Source: Macrostomum hystrix
Taxonomy: Eukaryota > Animalia > Platyhelminthes
Assembly: GCA_950097015.1 (NCBI GenBank)
Contig: CATNEN010000005.1
Span: 2,976,001 to 3,040,000, forward strand
Direction of reading: 5' to 3'
DNA length: 64,000 bases
A model generated the notes under the pieces. It did no database searches, was not told the DNA's origin, and worked only from the letters and a program-made list of their open reading frames with translations. The stretch's first letter is position 1. The number at the start of each line of letters is the position of its first letter. The translations under genes and the position numbers were made by a program. Shown here in pieces: positions 1 to 11,289 of this stretch.

Positions 1-97
1 AGGTAGAGAGAGATAAGGACAGGTAGGAATAGATAAGGACAGGTAGGGATAGATAAGGACAGGTAGGAATAGATAAGGACAGGTAGGGATAGATAAA
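1..97. repeat. 20-bp minisatellite AGGTAGG(G/A)ATAGATAAGGAC, ~5 copies, truncated by window edge
   Basis: Direct tandem copies read in sequence. Confidence 0.9.
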
Positions 98-647
98 GAA
101 CAGTTCAGGAAGGATAGCAGTTACAGAATCAGCTTCTCATCGAAAAGTCTTGCCGTAGTTTTCAGTATTTAAAATAATATTTTAAGGCTGGCGGTACATT
201 TAAATCGCATTAATCATCCGTCTGTTTTCTGACATATCAAAAAATGAAATAATTTTCCGAGAGACCGATATCCATAATTTTTAATGCATTCCTATGTCAG
301 TACGTTTTTTGGCAACAGGAAATTTATGTGCGAAAAAGAAATAATGATCAAGCGACACGGTCGACAAAAAGAAACGACCAAATTAAAGTATGATCCCAAA
401 AGCTCTGTCGTGATGACAGATGACACCAGTGCAATTCAATTATGTGGGTCTGGGCAGTGAATTATGACAAATTGGCACGGTAGAGAAATTCAATGCCGCG
501 ATGCGCTTCCGGGACAGCGGCCAAAATTGTGTAGTTTTTTGTCAGAAAAATTGTGTCTTCTATCAGCAGCAGCAGATATATTTCTAGTTTGCATCAGTCT
601 ATAAGCAATGTCCCTATATGCCTGCCATTCTACCTTCCACTCCGCTC

Positions 648-1062
648 TTCCCCTCTCCTTTCTCTCCTCTCTCCCTCCTCTCCTCTCTCCCTCCTCTCCT
701 CTCTCCCTCCTCTCCTCTCTCCCTCCTCTCCTCTCTCCCTCCTCTCCTCTCTCCCTCCTCTCCTCTCTCCCTCCTCTCCTCTCTCCCTCCTCTCCTCTCT
801 CCCTCCTCTCCTCTCTCCCTCCTCTCCTCTCTCCCTCCTCTCCTCTCTCCCTCCTCTCCTCTCTCCCTCCCCTCTCCCTCCTCTCCTCTCTCCCTCCTCT
901 CCTCTCTCCCTCCCCTCTCCCTCCTCCCCTCTCTCCCTCCTCTCCTCTCTCCCTCCCCTCTCCCTCCTCTCCTCTCTCCCTCCTCTCCTCTCTCCCTCCC
1001 CTCTCCCTCCTCTCCTCTCTCCCTCCTCTCCTCTCTCCCTCCCCTCTTCCTCCTCTCCTCTC
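648..1062. repeat. CT-rich ~17-bp minisatellite (polypyrimidine)
   Basis: Tandem TCTCCCTCCTCTCCTCT-type units; source of the spurious SPL-rich ORFs at 553-1109. Confidence 0.95.
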
Positions 1063-1607
1063 TTTCTCTTTTCGTCTCTTCCTCCCTCAGTAGTGTAAGT
1101 AAAGTGTAAATATCTATTTTAATTTAGTCAATTTCATCAATACAAGAATCGAACATTAGACTGATTTTGAAATCTCTCTGTATCTTTACCTCGGCGGGAG
1201 CCAAGTAAGAGTCTTCAGTTAATTAACTTGAGTACTTTCTTCTAGTCTCCTAGGAGTTAGTTTTTGCCTTTGCTGACAATAAACAGCTGGTGCTGATGGC
1301 CAGAAATTCTCACAGAACTCTGACAAACTTCTGGTACTGGCTAGCTCTCATGATTAGCTTTCACTCGGGTTAAAAGTTCGCTGCACATTCGCCTAACCTG
1401 TTCGCTTTTCTCCCAAAAAAGGGATTTCTTTGAGAAGTCAAGCATTTGAAAGTTTGAAAGTTATAAAACCGAGACTTTGGAAAGAAAGAATTACTAACAG
1501 TGAGATATTTCGGGTGGGATGTTTTAATGGGAGACTTTAATCGTGAGATTTTAGGTTGATAGTATTTTTAGGACGGTGAGTTTTAAAATGGTGACATTGG
1601 TGAGATC

Positions 1608-2826
1608 TGAGATTTGAGATTCGGGATGGTAAGATTTAGGATGGTGAGATTACGGATGGTGAGATTACGGATGGTGAGATTTGGGAAGATGAGATTTGGG
1701 AAGATGAGATTTGGGATGGTGAGATTTGGGATGGTGAGATTTGGGATGGTGAGATTTGGGATGGTCAGATTTGGGATGGTGAGATTTGGGAAGATGAGAT
1801 TTGGGAAGATGAGATTTGGGAAGATGAGATTTGGGAAGATGAGATTTGGGATGGTGAGATTTGGGATGGTGAGATTTGGGATGTTCAGATTTGGGATGGT
1901 GAGATTTGGGAAGATGAGATTTGGGAAGATGAGATTTGGGAAGATGAGATTTGGGAAGATGAGATTTGGGATGGTGAGATTTGGGATGGTCAGATTTGGG
2001 ATGGTGAGATTTGGGAAGATGAGATTTGGGAAGATGAGATTTGGGATGGTGAGATTTGGGATGGTGAGATTTGGGATGTTCAGATTTGGGAAGATGAGAT
2101 TTGGGATGGTGAGATTTGGGATGGTGAGATTTGGGATGGTGAGATTTGGGATGGTGAGATTTGGGATGGTGAGATTTGGGAAGATGAGATTTGGGATGGT
2201 CAGATTTAGGAAGATGAGATTTGGGATGGTCAGATTTGGGAAGATGAGATTTGGGATGGTCAGATTTGGGAAGATGAGATTTGGGATGGTGAGTTTGGGA
2301 AGATGAGATTTGGGATGGTCAGATTTGGGAAGATGAGATTTGGGATGTTCAGATTTGGGAAGATGAGATTTGGGATGGTCAGATTTGGGAAGATGAGATT
2401 TGGGATGTTCAGATTTGGGAAGATGAGATTTGGGATGGTGAGATTTGGGATGGTGAGATTTGGGAAGATGAGATTTTGGATTGTGAGATTTGGGATGGTC
2501 AGATTTGGGAAGATGAGATTTGGGATGGTCAGATTTGGGAAGATGAGATTTGGGATGTTCAGATTTAGGATGATGAGATTTGGGATGGTGAGATCTGGGA
2601 TGGTGAGATCTGGGATAGTGAGATCTGGGATGGTGAGATCTGGGATGGGGAGATTTGGGATGGTGAGATTTGGGAAAATGAGATTTTGAAAGATGAGATT
2701 TGTGATGATGAGACTTTTAGGATGGTGAGATTTAGGATAGTGAGATTACGCATAGTAGGTTTTAGGAAGATGAGATTTAGGAAAATTTGATTTGGGAAAA
2801 TGGGATTTGGGAAGATGAGATTTGGG
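1608..2826. repeat. 15-bp minisatellite GAGATTTGGGA(TGGT/AGAT), ~80 copies
   Basis: Tandem units; produces MRFG(M/K) pseudo-ORFs. Confidence 0.95.
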
Positions 2827-3011
2827 ACATCTTATCACCTAGATAAGAAAGGTGTTTAAATCGATTGCAGGTGCCACGTTACAGTAAAATTTATTGGATT
2901 TGTCACCTAATTTGAAGGTAACTAATCGATTCGATTAGAAGTGTGACCTGTTTGGAGGGCATGAAATAATTAAAGTTAAAAGTTTTCTCACCTTTCAAAA
3001 ACCGCCTCCAG

Positions 3012-3436
3012 CGAAGTTCCGTGCCGAGTTCAAGCACATCTTTCTCTGTTGCTGTCGCAGTAGTCGACTGTGTCGGCGTTGTTTTCCAAACGCCGCCGGC
3101 AACGACAGTCTAGTCACCGCCGGTAACATCAGAGGCGCAGGCGGTGGCACAACACTCGGCGGTGGAGGCGGTCGCAATGCTCTACTAGCTGCTGGCAGTC
3201 GTCAACGCGACAACTTGAACTGCGTCGGTGGGGCCAGCTACCTCGGCAGTCGCCCTGGTGGCAACGGCGACGGAGGCTTAGAGCTAAGGAACTACTTTGA
3301 TGTGCCAGCCGCCGTTGCCACCGCTGGCGCACCAGACTTCGCTGAAACTGCCTTCAATGGCGTCGCCGATGACGAAGACAAATTAGCAGAGAGGTTTGAC
3401 GAAGCTCTGCTGGGTGAAATCCGTCAGTTAGATTGA
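3012..3436 (+). CDS. Probable terminal exon of a rhodopsin-like GPCR (helix 8, Cys cluster, C-tail)
   Basis: After acceptor cctccAG (3010-3011, phase 1) it reads KFRAEFKHIFLCCCRSSRLCRRCF...EIRQLD* (TGA 3434-3436). KFRxxFKxIFxCC is the typical helix-8/palmitoylation pattern of class A GPCRs. No NPxxY exon was found in the window. Confidence 0.5.
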
Positions 3437-3493
3437 CTGACACTCTTGCTGAATATTTTTAGGACTATCAATAAAAATTTTGATTGTTTATAC

Positions 3494-4599
3494 CAGGGGT
3501 CGGCAAACTCCGGCTCGCGGGCCAGATGCGGCCCTCGAAGCTCCCAAATCTGGCCCATTGCCCCTTCTGACATCTGCAGTGTCCTGTTTCATCTATCTCG
3601 TGTCTAATCTCTCCCCTGTCTCATCTCTCCCGTGTCTAATCTCTCCCGTGTCTAATCTCTCCCGTGTCTAATCTCTCTCGTGTCTAATCTCTCCCGTGTC
3701 CCATCTTTGCTGTGTCTCATCTCTCCCGTGTCTAATCTCTCCCGTGTCTAATCTCTCCCGTGTCTAATCTCTCCCGTGTCTAATCTCTCCCGTGTCTAAT
3801 CTCTCCCGTGTCTAATCTCTCCCGTGTCTAATCTCTCCCGTGTCTAATCTCTCCTGTGTCTCATCTCTCCCGTGTCTAATCTCTCCCGTGTCTAATCTCT
3901 CCCGTGTCTAATCTCTCCCGTGTCCCATCTTTGCTGTGTCTCATCTCTCCCGTGTCTCATCTCTCCCGTGTCTAATCTCTCCCGTGTCTAATCTCTCCCG
4001 TGTCTAATCTCTCCCGTGTCTAATCTCTCCCCTGTCTTATCTCTCCCATGTCTCATCTCTCTCGTGTCCCATCTTTCCTGTGTCTCATCTCTCCCGTGTC
4101 TCATCTCTCCCGTGTCTAATCTCTCCTGTGTCCCATCTTTGCTGTGTCTCATCTCTCCCGTGTCTAATCTCTCCCGTGTCTAATCTCTCCTGTGTCTAAT
4201 CTCTCCCGTGTCTAATCTCTCCCGTGTCTAATCTCTCCCGTGTCTAATCTCTCCCGTGTCTAATCTCTCCCGTGTCCCATCTTTGCTGTGTCTCATCTCT
4301 CCCGTGTCTCATCTCTCCCGTGTCTAATCTCTCCCGTGTCTAATCTCTCCCGTGTCTAATCTCTCCCGTGTCTAATCTCTCCCGTGTCTAATCTCTCCCG
4401 TGTCTAATCTCTCCCGTGTCTGATCTCCTCCCTGTCTCATCTCCTCCCTGTCTCATCTCTCCCCTGTCTCATCTCTCTCTCATCAGGAGATTGAGAGTCT
4501 CATCTCTCCCCTATCTCATATTTATACAGTCAATGCGGCCCGTTGTCGTCTTTTAGGTTCTCTCTTTGGCCCGCCGGCAAATAAGTTTGCCTAGCCCTG
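3494..4599 (+). mobile_element. hAT-superfamily MITE with internal 16-bp minisatellite (copy 1)
   Basis: TIRs CAGGGGTCGGCAAAC / GTTTGCCTAGCCCTG (12/15 match). Perfect 8-bp TSD GTTTATAC at 3486-3493 and 4600-4607. About 940 bp of (C/G)TGTCT(A/C)ATCTCTCCC units inside. Confidence 0.9.
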
Positions 4600-4893
4600 G
4601 TTTATACTAATAACAATTCTGAATTATTTGTCTTATCGCGGCTTTGCTAAAAACACTTTGAAAAGCTTTTTTATTTACTTTGCTTTTTAACTAACATCCT
4701 GGTATGCGATTAATTAAAAATAGTTGACTATTTTCCTTCACATCTGTGTCACTTATCTAAATTAATATTTCCTTGTTTGCTAGAAAATTAATTTTATTTA
4801 GATGCAGTTTTGTGTTTGAATGAAATTGTTGTGTTACTTGAATATGCTTCTTAACAAATCACTGCTTTTCGTGACACTCTTTTCACGATTTAC

Positions 4894-5390
4894 AGATGTC
4901 TAAAACAGTCTGTAATATTCTGTCAGATGTCTAAACCAGTCTGTAATCTTCTGTCAGATGTCTAAACCAGTCTGTAATCTTCTGTCAGATGTCTAAAACA
5001 GTATGTTATCTTCTGTCAGGTGTCTAAAACAGTCTGTAATATTCTGTCAGGTGTCTAAAACAGTCTGTAATATTCTGTCAGATGTCTAAAACAGTCTGTA
5101 ATCTTCCGTCAGATGTCTAAACCAGTCTGTAATCTTCTGTCAGATGTCTAAACCAGTCTGTAATCTTCTGTCAGATGTCTAAAACAGTATGTTATCTTCT
5201 GTCAGGTGTCTAAAACAGTCTGTAATCTTCCGTCAGATGTCTAAAACAGTCTGTAATCTTCTGTCAGGTGTCCAAAACAGTCTGTAATCTTCTGTCAGGT
5301 GTCCAAAACAGTCTAATCTTCTGTCAGATGTCTAAAACAGTCTGTTATCTTCTGTCAGGTGTCTAAAACTGTCTGTAATCTTCTGACATA
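4894..5390. repeat. 31-bp minisatellite TGTCAGATGTCTAAACCAGTCTGTAATCTTC, ~16 copies
   Basis: Tandem units read directly. Confidence 0.92.
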
Positions 5391-6199
5391 CGTCTAGCCT
5401 ATCTGTAGTGATGTCTCCGTTTTCAAATTTATTTTAGATTTATTATTTTAATGTTTATGCATTGTGTTGTCCATTTTGTACATGATTGTATGACTTATTT
5501 CAGCGTCATCTTCAACTTGAGACACGGACAACAATGTTTAATGAACTAAACTCACACAACACCCCTTATCCTGCTCTGCTATAATAAGACTAAATATTGG
5601 CGTCATTTTGAATTGTTTGAAAAAGAGCACAAACTATTCCATTTCAAACTATACTGGCAAGCTTCGGTGAATATATTTGTCTAATTCTTAGCAGGGAAGG
5701 CCGTGTGTTTGCCAGGACTAACGGTGGCTAAGGACAAGATCTGCCTAGATGCAACTCATTATTTGCATCCAATTTTTGAAAAATTTGTTCTTAACCACCT
5801 TAGCTGTCTGTTCTTTTTGTTGTCCTTCAATTTTTAGTTACACCCACAATTCGTGCTGTTCTATCTTCCCAAAATCTCACGCCTATCTTCAGCTGTCTCT
5901 TCTACTAGAAGAAAAGAAATTGCTGAAAATTTGCGCTGAAAATTTTTGTTCTATACGAGCAACAAGGCCTGGCCTGTCTTGCCACGATCAAATTTTCAGT
6001 GCTTAAAGAATGTAAATTTGTAATTATAACTTTGTAAGAATCAGTTACACGTACTGGTTGTATTCCTGCCAGCTCTTTGCCGCCCGATTGTCTTTTGTGC
6101 ACTTTTAGTTTGCTGAGCTTTAATGGTTCCTGTTCTTGCTTGCTGTCTGCTTCAGGTAATGTAAATTCTAATTTAACAGCCACTGACACATTCGGCATA

Positions 6200-7790
6200 C
6201 TCTCTGACTCTCTCTCTGACTCTCTCCACGACTCTCTATGCCTGACTCTCTCTCGCTACTCTCTCTCGCTACTCTCTCCCTGACTCTCTCTCGCTACTCT
6301 CTCTCGCTACTCTCTCCCTGACTCTCTCTCGCTACTCTCTCTCGCTACTCTCTCCCTGACTCTCTCTCGCTACTCTCTCTCGCTACTCTCTCCCTGACTC
6401 TCTCTCGCTACTCTCTCTCGCTACTCTCTCCCTGACTCTCTCTCGCTACTCTCTCCCTGACTCTCTCTCGCTACTCTCTCTCGCTACTCTCTCCCTGACT
6501 CTCTCTCGCTACTCTCTCTCGCTACTCTCTCCCTGACTCTCTCTCGCTACTCTCTCTCGCTACTCTCTCCCTGACTCTCTCTCGCTACTCTCTCTCGCTA
6601 CTCTCTCCCTGACTCTCTCTCGCTACTCTCTCTCGCTACTCTCTCCCTGACTCTCTCTCGCTACTCTCTCCCTGACTCTCTCTCGCTACTCTCTCTCGCT
6701 ACTCTCTCCCTGACTCTCTCTCGCTACTCTCTCTCGCTACTCTCTCCCTGACTCTCTCTCTGACTCTCTCCACGACTCTCTATGCCTGACTCTCTCTCTC
6801 CCTGACTCTCGCTCGCTACTCTCTCCCTGACTCTCTCTCCCTGACTCTCTCTCGCTACTCTCTCCCTGACTCTCTCCCTCCCTGACTCTCTCTCGCCTCT
6901 CTCTCCCTGACTCTCTCTCCCTGACTCTCTCTCGCTACTTTCTCCCTGACTCTCTCTCTCCCTGACTCTCTCCCTGACTCTCTCTCGCTACTCTCTCCCT
7001 GACTCTCTCTCTCCCTGACTCTCTCTCGCCTCTCTCTCCCTGACTCTCTCTCCCTGACTCTCTCTCGCTACTCTCTCCCTGACTCTCTCTCTCCCTGACT
7101 CTCTCTCGGCTCTCTCTCCCTGACTCTCTCTCCCTGACTCTCTCTCGCTACTTTCTCCCTGATTCTCTCTCTCCCTGACTCTCTCCCTGACTCTCTCTCG
7201 CTACTCTCTCCCTGACTCTCTCTCCCTGACTCTCTCCCTGACTCTCTCCCTGACTCTCTGTGCCTGGCTCTCTATGCCTGACTCTCTCTCCCTGACTCTC
7301 TCTCTCCCTGACTCTCTCTCTCTGACTCTCTCTCTCTCTCTGACTCTCTCCCTGACTCTCTCTCCGTGACTCTCTCTCCCTGACTCTCTCCCTGACTCTC
7401 TCCCTGACTCTCTCTCCCTGACTCTCTCCCTGACTCTCTCCCTGACTCTCTCCCTGACTCTCTCTCCCTGACTCTCTCCCTGACTCTCTCCCTGACTTTC
7501 TCTCCCTGACTCTCTTCCTGACTCTCTCCCTGACTCTCTCTCCCTGACTTTCTCACCGTGACTCTCTCTCCCTGACTCTCTCTCCCTGACTCTCTGTGCC
7601 TGGCTCTCTATGCCTGACTCTCTCTCCCTGACTCTCTCTCTCCCTGACTCTCTCTCTGACTCTCTCTCTCTCTGACTCTCTCCCTGACTCTCTCTCCGTG
7701 ACTCTCTCTCCCTGACTCTCTCCCTGACTCTCTCCCTGACTCTCTCTCCCTGACTTTCTCACCGTGACTCTCTCTCCCTGACTTTCTCTG
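6200..7790. repeat. Compound CT-rich micro/minisatellite (CTCTCTCGCTA / CTCTCTCCCTGA units)
   Basis: Tandem units; source of ESGR/RERV pseudo-ORFs. Confidence 0.95.
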
Positions 7791-8186
7791 ACTCTTACTG
7801 ACTTCCTTGACTTTTTCTCTCTGTTTTCTCATGTCTCTTTTGAAAAACATTTTTCCCTACATCTGACTTACAAAATTATTTTTTGTCCCTAAATTGTCTG
7901 GTTTTTTTCTGAGAGTTAAGCTAACAAGCAACAAACAAATCATATTTGCTACTTTTTATCCATTCGCAAATCAGAACTCGCATTGTGAAGCAGCATCTGA
8001 GTAAATTTTTTATTTGCAAGTGTTCAAAACTGTTTTATTCTCTGAATTCAAAAGTCAAAATAGATTAATGTCTCTTAAAGTTTAAACCCCTCATTCCATC
8101 TATTTGAAGATTGCCGTATAAAATATACACAAATATTTTATACAATTGGTTTACTAAACATTTTTGTTAATTCACAATTTACTAAC

Positions 8187-8720
8187 CTTCGTGTGCCACC
8201 ATTTGCTGGAGTAGAAGTTTTGGTGAGTGAGTCTGCCTCTAGTGTCCATGGACTAAACAGTTAGTTGTACACACTAAACAGTAGTATACATGTTAGTCAG
8301 GCCTTCTGTCTCTAAATCACTCGTAAATTGCATTCTACCTGTCTGTAAATCACTCGTACCTGTCTGTAAGTCACTCGTACCTGTCTGTAAATCACTCGTA
8401 CCTGTCTGTAAGTCACTCGTACCTGTCTGTAAGTCACTCGTACCTGTCTGTAAGTCACTCGTACCTGTCTGTAAGTCACTCGTACCTGTCTGTAAGTCAC
8501 TCGTACCTGTCTGTAAATCACTCGTACCTATCTGTAAGTCACTCGTACCTGTCTGTAAGTCACTCGTACCTGTCTGTAAATCACTCGTACCTGTCTGTAA
8601 GTCACTCGTAAATTGCATTCTACCTGTCTGACTATATTCCGCCTTAAATTCCACCGATAATAGTATGAAAGTCTAACGGTTATTTCCCGAATGTAAGAAT
8701 CCTTCATCAGATTATCTTCG
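8187..8720 (-). CDS. Two candidate exons of an unidentified gene (8720-8624 and 8252-8187)
   Basis: Minus strand: ...EDNLMKDSYIREITVRLSYYYRWNLRRNIVRQ, donor CAG|GTAGAA, then CTAACtgtttAG| a 66-nt exon SMDTRGRLTHQNFYSSKWWHTK with donor AAG|GTTAGT. The phase-0 join is open. No family recognised. Confidence 0.3.
8324..8630. repeat. 21-bp minisatellite (minus strand GTACGAGTGACTTACAGACAG), bounded by a 23-bp direct repeat
   Basis: Tandem units; GTAAATTGCATTCTACCTGTCTG occurs at both ends. Confidence 0.93.
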
Positions 8721-8998
8721 CTTTGTGATGACAGTTTTGACGATGACACAGTTATATAAACCCATGCGTATTGAAGAAGTTAGATAACAAGGAGTAGTTT
8801 TTTGCTTATCTTATATCTAGCCATAAAATTGTCATTTTTAACTGATAATAATTTCTTCTCTTCCCACAGCAATGGCTGCAAGAGACAAGCTTACAGTTTT
8901 ACGATTTTATATTTATCTTATGAACCATCAGAAGTTCATCCTACTTCAATCAGATAGTTAGATGCACTAATCTTAAATCAATCAAATCCTATTGCAGT

Positions 8999-9750
8999 CT
9001 TACGTGTTACACAGGCCTTCTTACGTGTTAGACAGGCCTTCTTACGTGTTAGACAGGCCTCCTACGTGTTAGACAGGCCTCCTAAGTGTTAGACAGGCCT
9101 CCTACGTGTTAGACAGGCCTTCTTACGTGTTAGACAGGCCTCCTAAGTGTTAGACAGGCCTTCTTACGTGTTAGACAGGCCTCCTACGTGTTAGACAGGC
9201 CTCCTAAGTGTTAGACAGGCCTCCAACGTGTTAGACAGGCCTCCTACGTGTTAGACAGGCCTTCTTACGTGTCAGACAGGCTTCCTACGTGTTAGACAGG
9301 CCTCCTAAGTGTTAGACAGGCCTTCTTACGTGTTAGACAGGCCTCCTAAGTGTTAGACAGGCCTCCAACGTGTTAGACAGGCCTCCTACGTGTTAGACAG
9401 GCCTTCTTACGTGTCAGACAGGCTTCCTACGTGTTAGACAGGCCTCCTAAGTGTTAGACAGGCCTTCTTACGTGTTAGACAGGCCTCCTAAGTGTTAGAC
9501 AGGCCTTCTTACGTGTTAGACAGGCCTCCTCAGTGTTAGACAGGCCTCCTCAGTGTTAGACAGGCCTCCTCAGTGTTAGACAGGCCTCCTCAGTGTTAGA
9601 CAGGCCTCCTCAGTGTTAGACAGGCCTTCTTACGTGTTAGACAGGCCTCCTCAGTGTTAGACAGGCCTCCTCAGTGTTAGACAGGCCTCCTCAGTGTTAG
9701 ACAGGCCTCCTCAGTGTTAGACAGGCCTTCTTACGTGTTAGACAGGCCTC
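8999..9750. repeat. 20-bp minisatellite ACGTGTTAGACAGGCCTCCT, ~37 copies
   Basis: Tandem units; same family as 17479-18240. Confidence 0.95.
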
Positions 9751-10296
9751 CCACAAGATATAGAACTGAATGCATGTGCCTGAAGCATATTTCCAGTGCA
9801 TTTAACCCCAGTTATTCGCAATGGAACTAGAGGACAGGCTGAAATATTCCAGAACATTCCACCTCTCTGTCCATAACTTTCCTAGCACACTAACAGTATT
9901 GTCAGATGCCAGCCAAATTCATTGATGTACGAGCTATAATGAGCAACGTCCATTGACTTCTTTGGACTGATACTTTTGACTGACAGTAATATTTCATGAA
10001 GAAAATAATTGTGTCAATAAAACTGGAATAATGGCCAGTGAACTGACGTGTAAAAGTCGCCATCTTAGATAAGAATAAAACTAAGGAAGATTTCTGCAAA
10101 TTAGACAGTTCTAAAGTTGATCCTCAGATGAAGCTATCGCGATAAATGTTTATGGTTTGGCGATTAACCTCTAAGCCAAATAGGTAATCGATTGATGTTC
10201 TGCGAGAAAAGTTGGGGATTTAAGTCCATTTCTACAGGATCATTACTTAGCGAATAGCTATGGCCTTCATATTCACATATTCACATTCATATTCAC

Positions 10297-10319
10297 ATAG
10301 ATAGATAGATAGATAGATG

Positions 10320-10354
<35 letters not shown>

Positions 10355-10355
10355 G

Positions 10356-10394
<39 letters not shown>

Positions 10395-10435
10395 GGATAG
10401 ATAGATAGATAGATGGATAGATAGATAGATAGATG

Positions 10436-10510
<75 letters not shown>

Positions 10511-10531
10511 GGATAGATAGATAGATAGATG

Positions 10532-10578
<47 letters not shown>

Positions 10579-10579
10579 G

Positions 10580-10618
<39 letters not shown>

Positions 10619-10659
10619 GGATAGATAGATAGATAGATGGATAGATAGATAGATAGATG

Positions 10660-10690
<31 letters not shown>

Positions 10691-10735
10691 GGATAGATAG
10701 ATAGATAGATGGATAGATAGATAGATAGATAGATG

Positions 10736-10826
<91 letters not shown>

Positions 10827-10827
10827 G

Positions 10828-10862
<35 letters not shown>

Positions 10863-10883
10863 GGATAGATAGATGGATAGATA
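10297..10883. repeat. (GATA)n microsatellite with GATG variants, ~145 units
   Basis: Direct reading. Confidence 0.98.
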
Positions 10884-11289
10884 GCATAAGCATAGCATAA
10901 GCATTCATAGCGTGAGGCTAACAATAACTTAGTCAGTTGAGCAGGATCCGTTGCAGACTCAGTCTCAATGGTTTTTAGGCCTTCAACAGGAAGAAGGTTC
11001 AGAAATTCCTAGTTTAAAAGTAAAATAGATTTCTGCCACCACGTGAATGGTCCCGTTATTGAATGTGTTGCGGAATGACTTGTCAGAATCCTTCCAAGGC
11101 TTGGAAGAATAGACAAAAAAATAAGCTTTGAAGTTTTCAGAGCAAAGCTAAAAACCGTCTGTGCGAAGTTTTGGAGCCAACTTTATTCAGGATTAGCTAA
11201 ACTCTTAAATAGTTGGGATTTGGGATCTCAACGTAGAATTCTCAATCTTAGACATTAAGGAATTGGAAGTATTAGACAGTTATGGTTTG

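Noticed and set aside
2871-2917. 47-nt segment with strong splice sites and one TAA in a protein-like frame, suggesting stop-codon reassignment
   Set aside because: All seven complete gene models are open in the standard code and end at TAA, TAG or TGA; there is no support for an altered code.
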